A DNA stretch of 64,000 nucleotides from Paracoccaceae bacterium (GTDB lineage Bacteria > Pseudomonadota > Alphaproteobacteria > Rhodobacterales > Rhodobacteraceae). The position numbers were made by a program, and so were the translations under genes. The DNA lies in assembly GCA_030066855.1 (NCBI GenBank), contig JASJAU010000037.1:500-64499 (forward strand), in the 5' to 3' direction. Each line of letters opens with the position of its first letter. Positions within the stretch are counted from its first letter, which is position 1. Positions 29,468-36,296 of this stretch are shown here, in pieces. The notes under the pieces were generated by a model. It was not told where the DNA came from and searched no databases. It saw nothing but the letters and a program-made list of their open reading frames with translations.

Positions 29468-32148
29468 TCAGCTTCAACTCGCTCGCCGTCGTCGCGCTTC
29501 TTTACGTCGTGCTTCTCTTCGCGGTAGCGTTTTGGGCCGACAAAAGGGCGGCACGGGGGCAGGTGGGCTGGCTCAGAAGCCCTTGGATCTACACCCTCTC
29601 GCTTTCGATCTACTGCACGGCCTGGACGTTCTATGGCGCCGTCGGCTACGCCGCCCGGTCGGGGCTCGAATTCGTTACGATCTACCTCGGCCCGACCCTA
29701 GTGATGATTGGCTGGTGGGCGCTGCTCAGGCGCCTTGTCCGCATCGGCCGGACGCAGCGAATCACCTCGATCGCCGACATGGTGTCTTCGCGATACGGCA
29801 AGTCCAATCTGCTCGGCGTTCTCGTCACGGTTCTGGCCGTCGTGGGCATCACCCCGTACATCGCGCTTCAGCTTCAATCGGTGACGCTCAGTTTCGCCGT
29901 GTTCACGCCAGGCAGCGCGTCGGACTCCGTCAGCCTGATATCGACCGCATTCTGGGTGGCCGCCGGGCTCGCCGCATTCACGATCATCTTCGGCACCCGA
30001 AACCTGAACGTGAATGAGCGGCACCATGGCGTCGTGACCGCTATCGCCGTTGAGGCGGTCGTGAAACTCGTCGCTCTAATCGCCGTCGGTGTCTTCGTGG
30101 TCTACTCGGTCGCGGACGGGCCGACGGATATCCTCGACCGCATCGAAAGCTCTTCGATCAGCGCCTGGGAGCTCCAGCCGGACCGCTGGGTAACCCTGAT
30201 CTTCCTTTCGGCGGCGGCCTTCATCTGCCTGCCGCGCATGTTCCAGGTCATCGTCGTCGAGAATTCGGACGAGCGGCACCTGGCCACGGCCAGTTGGGCT
30301 TTCCCCCTCTATCTTTTTCTGATGAGCCTGTTCGTCGTGCCAATCGCGGTCGTCGGGCTGTCTGTTCTGCCGGAGGGCTCCAACCCCGACCTCTTCGTTC
30401 TCACGCTCCCGATCGCCTTCGACCAGAGCGCGCTGACCACGCTCGCTTTTCTGGGTGGCTTCTCGTCGGCGACGTCCATGGTCATCGTGGCCGCGATTGC
30501 GGTTTCAACCATGGTATCGAACCACATCGTGATGCCGATCTGGCTGAACGCGAGGAAAGGCGGCGCGACCGTGTCGGGCGATGTCCGCGACACCGTGATC
30601 CTCGCAAGGCGGCTGTCGATCGCCGCAGTCTTGGGCCTTGGCTATCTCTACTACCGCCTCTCGGGCGGCGGCGCGGCGCTTGCGGCTATCGGCCTGATCG
30701 CTTTCGTTGGTCTGGCCCAGGTGCTGCCGTCGCTGATCGGTGGCGCGTTCTGGCGCGGCGCCACCCGCGCGGGGGCAGCGGCCGGGCTGATCATCGGCTT
30801 CGCCATCTGGATCTGGACGTCGTTCCTGCCAAGCTTCGGTGAGACCGCGCTGATGTCACCGTCGGTCTACGCCGAAGGCCCGTTCGGCATAGGCGCGCTC
30901 CGCCCTCTGGCGCTTTTCGGCATCGAGGGGCTGGATCCGCTCGTGCATTCCGTCTTCTGGTCGATGCTTCTAAACACCACCGCCTTCGTGACCTTTTCGC
31001 TCCTCAGCTTTCCTTCTCCGCTCGAACGGTTGCAGGGTGCCTTGTTCATCAACATCTTCCGCTATTCCGAGAGCGCCCGCGGCTGGACCGGCGGCGCGGC
31101 CGAGGCGGAGGACCTGCTGATGATGGCGCAGCGGATCATCGGCCCGACTGAGGCGCAGGCCCTCTTCGAGGCGGAGGCGGCTGCCCAAGGCCAGGTCGGC
31201 TACCTGCCGGACGTAACCCCCGATTTCCTAGAGCGGCTCGAGCGCGAGCTAGCGGGGTCGGTCGGCGCCGCGACCGCGCATGCCATGCTCGCGCAAATCA
31301 CGGGCGGCGTTTCGGTCAGTGTCGAAGATTTGATGAAGGTCGCCGACGAAGCTCAGCAAATCCTTGAATATTCCAGCCAGCTCGAAGCGAAGTCGACTGA
31401 ACTTGGCCGCACCGCGCGCCAGCTTCAGGAAGCCAACGAGAAGCTAATGGCGCTTTCGGTTCAAAAGGACGGGTTCCTTAGCCAGATTAGCCACGAGCTG
31501 CGCACGCCCATGACCTCGATCCGCTCGTTCAGCGAGATTCTGATGGGTGGGGAGAGCATGACCGCCGAAGAGCGGCAGAAATACAGCTCGATCATCCATG
31601 ACGAGGCCATTCGGCTCACGCGTCTCCTGGACGACCTTCTCGATCTCAGCGTTCTCGAGAACGGTCAGGTGACGCTCAATCTGGCCGACGACTCGCTGGA
31701 TCGGATCATCACCCGCGCGGTCGCCGCGACCGAGAGACCCAAGGGCGAGCCGGAGATCGCGATCCGGCGCGACAACGGCAGCGAGGGCGTGCCACTTCAC
31801 ACCGACAGCGATCGGCTGGCGCAGGTCTTCATCAACCTGATCGCCAACGCGCAGAAGTATTGCGACGCGGAGCGGCCCGAACTGGCGATTTCGGTGAAGG
31901 ACATAGGCGGCAGGACGGTGGTGGATTTCGTCGACAACGGCTCCGGAATCCCGCAGGCGGCGCAATCGACGATCTTCGAGAAGTTCTCGCGCCTCTCAGA
32001 TGATAAGGCGGCGGGCGGCGCGGGGCTCGGACTTGCTATCTGCCGCGAGGTCATGCTGCGCCTCGGCGGCGCGATCGCTTACCTGCCGGGGCAGGGCGGC
32101 GCGGCCTTCAGGGTGACCCTGCCGGGCCCTAGGGCGCGGGCGGCCTGA
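29464..32148 (+). CDS. Sodium/solute-symporter (SSS/SLC5)-domain-fused sensor histidine kinase (CbrA/CrbS-like architecture, no receiver)
   Basis: About 500 aa of SSS-like TM helices, a linker, the H-box FLSQISHELRTPMTSIRSF, and an ATPase domain (NLIANAQKY and GGAGLGLAICREV). Confidence 0.9.
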   Translation: MISFNSLAVVALLYVVLLFAVAFWADKRAARGQVGWLRSPWIYTLSLSIYCTAWTFYGAVGYAARSGLEFVTIYLGPTLVMIGWWALLRRLVRIGRTQRITSIADMVSSRYGKSNLLGVLVTVLAVVGITPYIALQLQSVTLSFAVFTPGSASDSVSLISTAFWVAAGLAAFTIIFGTRNLNVNERHHGVVTAIAVEAVVKLVALIAVGVFVVYSVADGPTDILDRIESSSISAWELQPDRWVTLIFLSAAAFICLPRMFQVIVVENSDERHLATASWAFPLYLFLMSLFVVPIAVVGLSVLPEGSNPDLFVLTLPIAFDQSALTTLAFLGGFSSATSMVIVAAIAVSTMVSNHIVMPIWLNARKGGATVSGDVRDTVILARRLSIAAVLGLGYLYYRLSGGGAALAAIGLIAFVGLAQVLPSLIGGAFWRGATRAGAAAGLIIGFAIWIWTSFLPSFGETALMSPSVYAEGPFGIGALRPLALFGIEGLDPLVHSVFWSMLLNTTAFVTFSLLSFPSPLERLQGALFINIFRYSESARGWTGGAAEAEDLLMMAQRIIGPTEAQALFEAEAAAQGQVGYLPDVTPDFLERLERELAGSVGAATAHAMLAQITGGVSVSVEDLMKVADEAQQILEYSSQLEAKSTELGRTARQLQEANEKLMALSVQKDGFLSQISHELRTPMTSIRSFSEILMGGESMTAEERQKYSSIIHDEAIRLTRLLDDLLDLSVLENGQVTLNLADDSLDRIITRAVAATERPKGEPEIAIRRDNGSEGVPLHTDSDRLAQVFINLIANAQKYCDAERPELAISVKDIGGRTVVDFVDNGSGIPQAAQSTIFEKFSRLSDDKAAGGAGLGLAICREVMLRLGGAIAYLPGQGGAAFRVTLPGPRARAA

Positions 32149-32210
32149 GCAACTCTTTCGTAAGGAAAATCGGCCAGATACGCGGTATCCAGCCACGCGA
32201 ACCTGCCGCC

Positions 32211-32768
32211 ATGTCCGACACAGATCCTCGAAACGCGCTCCGCCGAATGGTGACCGCCCCGCCGGCGTCGGCGGGCGGGCTTGGCGGCGTGGAGAAGGCG
32301 CTGTCGGTCGAGCTATCGCGCTCGGGCGACGAGCTTTTGGGACTTTCGGTCGAACTTCAGGCGTTCGGTTTGAGCGAGGGGGATGAGCGCTGGGTCGTCG
32401 AGAGCCTGACAGAGGAGGATCTGGTTTATCTCGCAAGCTTCGATGATGGAACGAGCGCGGAGCTTGTGGTGGCGGATCAGGGGCTTCTTTCGGCGCTGAT
32501 CGAGGTTCAAACTTTGGGTCGCGTCACTCCCGGCCAGCCGCCCGCGCGTCCGCCGACCCGAACCGACGGGGTCGTCGCGGCGGATATGATCGACCGCTGG
32601 CTTGTGGATCTCGGAGTTTTGCCGGCGGACGTGAGCGTTGCTCAGGGCATTGTGCGCCAGAACCGAGTGCTTGACCGCCGCTCGGTGGCGATCACGCTCG
32701 ACCCCCGCGCCTACCGGGCCGCGCGGCTGTCGCTGTCCTTCTCTGGGGGGCCAAAACCGGGGTGCTGA
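32211..32768 (+). CDS. FliM-like (CheC-like middle domain) protein, N-terminal ORF of a split gene
   Basis: The pattern LSALIEVQTLGR...PTRTDGVVAADMIDRWL resembles the FliM middle domain. The ORF ends in a G6/A4/G4 homopolymer tract where the next ORF begins in another frame. Confidence 0.45.
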   Translation: MSDTDPRNALRRMVTAPPASAGGLGGVEKALSVELSRSGDELLGLSVELQAFGLSEGDERWVVESLTEEDLVYLASFDDGTSAELVVADQGLLSALIEVQTLGRVTPGQPPARPPTRTDGVVAADMIDRWLVDLGVLPADVSVAQGIVRQNRVLDRRSVAITLDPRAYRAARLSLSFSGGPKPGC

Positions 32769-33289
32769 CCATTGTCGCCCCGGCGCTCGGAGCTCGCGCG
32801 AAGGGGCAGGGCCCGATTGACACAGATCGGCTACGCGCTGCCGTCTTCACGGCGGAGGCGGAGCTTTCCGTGGTGCTGGCCCGGTTCGAGATGCCCTTGG
32901 CCCGCGCCGCGACTCTCAAAGTGGACGATAGGATCGACCTGCCCGGCAACGAGCCGAGCAAGGTCGCGCTTGAAGGCGGAGAGGGGATGCCGGAGCTACC
33001 CGCCACACTGGGTCAGATGAACGGCAAGTGGGCGATCCGCCTGGCGCATGCCGCTGCGGCCCAAGCCGAAGCCATCTCGCCGGTCTTTGCCGATAAGTCG
33101 CCACCTCCTGTCGCCGCCTTAGCAGACCTTCCCGAGACCGCGACCGAACACACCGGGCTCCCTGAACTGCCGGAGTTGCCCGATCTACCAGACCTTCCTG
33201 ATGGGCCAGGACTTCACGGCTTGCCGGAGCTGTCAGATCACCAAACCAGTCTTCCCGATCTCCCGACTCCGGCGAGCGATCCGGCCTAG
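32762..33289 (+). CDS. FliN/SpoA (surface presentation of antigens) domain protein with LP[ED]LP-repeat tail
   Basis: AELSVVLARFEMPLARAATLKVDDRIDLPGN...ATLGQMNGKWAIRL fits the FliN C-terminal beta-rich domain pattern. The tail reads LPELPELPDLPDLPDGPGLHGLPEL...LPDLP. Confidence 0.55.
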   Translation: MLTIVAPALGARAKGQGPIDTDRLRAAVFTAEAELSVVLARFEMPLARAATLKVDDRIDLPGNEPSKVALEGGEGMPELPATLGQMNGKWAIRLAHAAAAQAEAISPVFADKSPPPVAALADLPETATEHTGLPELPELPDLPDLPDGPGLHGLPELSDHQTSLPDLPTPASDPA

Positions 33290-33714
33290 CGCCGCACCTG
33301 ATCGAGTTGCCCCGCAAGGCCGGGCGCGGGATAGCCCGCTTGGTCCAACGCTTTCAGGATCGCCTCGTTTGTCATCTTGCCCGACATCGCCATGGCGAAG
33401 GCCCAAAGGATCGAGGACCGCGTGCCGCTGGCGCAATAGGCGAGCGTTCGGCCCTGATCCGCCGCGATCGCCGCCAGCTGCGCTTCGATGATATCTACGC
33501 TCAGCATGCCGGGCGACAGCGGATTGGCGACAAAGGCGACTCCGGCGGCCCGACACGCTTCGCCCATCGCCGCGCTCGCCAGCTCTTCCGGAACTTCGAT
33601 GTCCGGTCGGTTGCAGATGATCGTCGTCACGCCGCTTTCCGCAAGGCCCGCGACATCATCGGGCGCGATCTGCGGCGAAACGGAGGTCTTCTCGTCCAGG
33701 GCGCGCTCCATCAT
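33286..33714 (-). CDS. TIGR01244/DUF442-family (Blh N-domain-like) sulfur-transferase/phosphatase-like protein
   Basis: VSPQIAPDDVAGLAESGVTTIICNRPD...YCASGTRSS is the DUF442 signature. Confidence 0.78.
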   Translation of the reverse strand: MMERALDEKTSVSPQIAPDDVAGLAESGVTTIICNRPDIEVPEELASAAMGEACRAAGVAFVANPLSPGMLSVDIIEAQLAAIAADQGRTLAYCASGTRSSILWAFAMAMSGKMTNEAILKALDQAGYPAPGLAGQLDQVRR

Positions 33715-33721
33715 CCGGCCC

Positions 33722-34153
33722 TCATGCCGTCGACATCGCGTCGATCCGTGACCGGATTGGCGGGGCGCCATACATGCCGGCCGCCATCGCCGCGAGGAAC
33801 ACCAGACCGCCAGCGCCGCCCCAGGTCAGCGACGCGACTGCGGGGCCGGGGCAGAGGCCCGACAAGCCCCAGCCGGCTCCGAAGAGCGTCGATCCGATCA
33901 CCAGGTTCCAGCCGATCGTCGGTTCCGGACGCGCCGGGAAGTCGCCGCCCAAAAGGGGCGTTCCTCGCGCCGCCGCGACGCGCCAGGCGATCGCCATTGG
34001 CAGGATCGCGCCGCCCATCACGAAGGCGAGCGTCGGGTCCCAGTCGCCGAACACGTCAAGCCACCCGATCACCTTCCGCGTGTCGGTCATGCCCGAGATC
34101 AACAGCCCCACGCCGAAGACGCCGCCGGCCAGAAACGCGTAAACCGCACGCAT
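33722..34153 (-). CDS. YeeE/YedE-family sulfur-compound transporter half (DUF6691-like)
   Basis: MRAVYAFLAGGVFGVGLLISGMTDTRKVIGWLD..., four TM helices. Confidence 0.78.
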   Translation of the reverse strand: MRAVYAFLAGGVFGVGLLISGMTDTRKVIGWLDVFGDWDPTLAFVMGGAILPMAIAWRVAAARGTPLLGGDFPARPEPTIGWNLVIGSTLFGAGWGLSGLCPGPAVASLTWGGAGGLVFLAAMAAGMYGAPPIRSRIDAMSTA

Positions 34154-34578
34154 CACACGCCTCCCAGAAGAGCGCGGGCCAGCACCACGGTCAGGCCGCC
34201 CGCGCCGATGTAAAACACCGTCGCCACGATCCCGCGCAAGCTGAGCCGCGAGATGCCGCAAACGCCGTGCCCCGAGGTGCAGCCGTTCGCCAGCCGTGTG
34301 CCCACGCCAACGCAAAGCCCGGCTAGCGCCACGATGACGTGGTTTCCTGTCAGATGGGTATCCGACCCGCCCATGGCGAGCGCCGCGACACCGGGAAAGA
34401 CCACAAGTCCGGCGAGAAACGCCAGCCGTTCATTGGCGGTCTCGCGCCCGCTTCCATCCACAAGCGCTCCGAGGATGCCCGAGGCGCCCATCACTCTGCC
34501 GTTGACGAGCAGGTAAAGCGCCGCCGCGCCACCGATAATGACCCCGCCGATCAGGCCGAGGACCCAGTCCATTTCCAT
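34153..34578 (-). CDS. YeeE/YedE-family sulfur-compound transporter half
   Basis: GGVIIGGAAALYLLVNGRVMGASGI and LANGCTSGHGVCG (conserved Cys motif). Confidence 0.8.
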   Translation of the reverse strand: MEMDWVLGLIGGVIIGGAAALYLLVNGRVMGASGILGALVDGSGRETANERLAFLAGLVVFPGVAALAMGGSDTHLTGNHVIVALAGLCVGVGTRLANGCTSGHGVCGISRLSLRGIVATVFYIGAGGLTVVLARALLGGV

Positions 34579-34588
34579 ATGGCTTCCT

Positions 34589-35452
34589 TCAGAGCTTGTT
34601 CACGGGCACCTTGAGAAAGACATCGCCCTTCTCGTCCGGCTCCGGCATGTTGCCCGCCCGCATGTTGACCTGCAGCGACGGCACGATCAGCTTCGGCATG
34701 TCCAGCGTAGCGTCCCGAGCCTCGCGCATCTCTACGAACTCCTCTCGGCTCTTGCCGCCGCCCACGTGGACGTTCTTGGCCTTCTGCTCTCCCACGGTCG
34801 ATTCCCAGGCGTAGACGTCGCGCCCCGGCGCCTTGTAATCGTGGCCGACGAAGATGCGCGTCTCGTCCGGCAGGGCGAGGATCGCTTGCACGCTGTCGAA
34901 CATGATATCGGCCGAGCCTCCGGGGAAGTCGCAGCGCGCCGTGCCGAAATCCGGCATGAAAAGCGTGTCGCCCACGAATGCCGCGTCGCCGATGACATAG
35001 GTCATGCAGGCGGGCGTGTGGCCGGGCGTGTGCAGCACGTCGCCCCGGATCTGGCCGACATGAAAACTGTCGCCGTCCTCGAAAAGCGCGTCGAACTGGC
35101 TGCCGTCGCGCTGGAACTCGGTGCCCTCGTTGAAGATCTTGCCGAAGGTGTCCTGCACGACGGTGATGTTCCTGCCGATTCCGATCTTGCCGCCGAGCTG
35201 CTCCTGCAAATAGGGCGCGGCGGAAAGGTGGTCGGCGTGGACATGGGTCTCGAGCACCCAATCGACAACAAGCCCCTCGGCGCGAACGTAGGCGATGATC
35301 TCATCGGCGGACGAGGTGTCGGTGCGCCCGGCCGCGTAGTCGAAGTCGAGTACGCTGTCCACGATTGCGCAATGCGTCCCCTCGGGATCCCGCACGACGT
35401 ACGAGATTGTGTTGGTCGCTTCATCGAAGAAGGCCTTGACGAACGGTTTCAT
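34589..35452 (-). CDS. MBL-fold persulfide dioxygenase-like hydrolase (Blh/ETHE1 type)
   Basis: MKPFVKAFFDEATNTISYVV...ETHVHADHLSAA...HTPGHTPACM. The longer track ORF (to 35905) is an upstream extension. Confidence 0.87.
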   Translation of the reverse strand: MKPFVKAFFDEATNTISYVVRDPEGTHCAIVDSVLDFDYAAGRTDTSSADEIIAYVRAEGLVVDWVLETHVHADHLSAAPYLQEQLGGKIGIGRNITVVQDTFGKIFNEGTEFQRDGSQFDALFEDGDSFHVGQIRGDVLHTPGHTPACMTYVIGDAAFVGDTLFMPDFGTARCDFPGGSADIMFDSVQAILALPDETRIFVGHDYKAPGRDVYAWESTVGEQKAKNVHVGGGKSREEFVEMREARDATLDMPKLIVPSLQVNMRAGNMPEPDEKGDVFLKVPVNKL

Positions 35453-35496
35453 TCTAACCTCCAATAGTCGCAGTCCAGATATACGGACATTTGAAC

Positions 35497-35516
35497 ATAT
35501 TTCAATATTGATATAT
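35497..35516. promoter_or_regulatory. 20-bp AT-rich palindrome in the bigR/PDO divergent promoter (candidate operator)
   Basis: ATATtTCAATATTGAtATAT has a perfect 10-bp core TCAATATTGA. Four more pairs flank one mismatched pair. Confidence 0.5.
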
Positions 35517-35524
35517 TTTATCCC

Positions 35525-35878
35525 ATGACCGTGCAAATCGTGAGCAAGATGGAAGACTCTTTCAAGGACATGCATGCGGCGATGGCCGAATCCGCCGACG
35601 AGGCGGCGGGTTATCTGCGCGCCCTGTCGAACCCGTCTCGCCTGCTCCTTTTGTGCCAGTTGGTTGAGTGCGAACGCAGCGTGGGCGAACTGGAGGAGGC
35701 GCTGGGCCTCGGCCAAGCCTATGTATCCCAGCAATTGGCGCGTCTGAGAAGCGAAGGCCTGGTCAAAGCCGCGCGCGACGGGCGAATCGTCCGCTACAGT
35801 CTTGCCGATCCGAGGGTCGTTCCGGTTCTTCAGGTGCTGTACGAGCAATTCTGCGGCCCGGCGCGCGCCGCACAATAA
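35525..35878 (+). CDS. bigR: ArsR/SmtB-family repressor, BigR/SqrR-like persulfide sensor
   Basis: LRALSNPSRLLLLCQL...VSQQLARLRSEGLV...EQFCGP. The two Cys residues are positioned as in BigR/SqrR. Divergent from the PDO-YeeE-DUF442 operon. Confidence 0.82.
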   Translation: MTVQIVSKMEDSFKDMHAAMAESADEAAGYLRALSNPSRLLLLCQLVECERSVGELEEALGLGQAYVSQQLARLRSEGLVKAARDGRIVRYSLADPRVVPVLQVLYEQFCGPARAAQ

Positions 35879-36016
35879 GCGGGCATACGCCCAAAAGGCG
35901 GTCAATCCACAAGTTTATCCCCGAGAATTGGTGGGCGTTAACACGCCCGGCGCCACGGCTGTGGTATGGTGTGTCATCAAACAGTCCGCGCAGACGGGCC
36001 AGACGGGAGGTTTTAT

Positions 36017-36238
36017 ATGACCATTCATGTGACGAAGCCTGAAGCGCGCGACGACGTCGATGTGATCATCGACACGCTCCTTGCCGAGCCCGAGCGCGCC
36101 GAGGACCTCAAGACCATGCTCCGGCACAAGATGGCGGCGCCCGAAGTCGTTGCCGTCGCGCATGCCAAACCGGTGAGCAAGCCGGACATCGACGCCCAGG
36201 ACGACGTCGAGGATCTTTGGGACAATGTCCCCGTCTGA
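36017..36238 (+). CDS. Small acidic hypothetical protein (73 aa)
   Basis: GGGAGG SD 6 nt upstream of the ATG. Sequence MTIHVTKPEARDDVDVIIDTLLAEPERAEDLK... matches no family I recognise. Confidence 0.4.
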   Translation: MTIHVTKPEARDDVDVIIDTLLAEPERAEDLKTMLRHKMAAPEVVAVAHAKPVSKPDIDAQDDVEDLWDNVPV

Positions 36239-36296
36239 CGCCCCGCACGCCTGACCGGCGTGCTTGTTTTTCGCCTCCCATGACGTAGAAGATGTT

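Noticed and set aside
33307-34326. 339-aa plus-strand ORF
   Set aside because: Extremely Arg/Pro/Ser-rich and antisense to the DUF442 and YeeE genes, so not credible as a protein.
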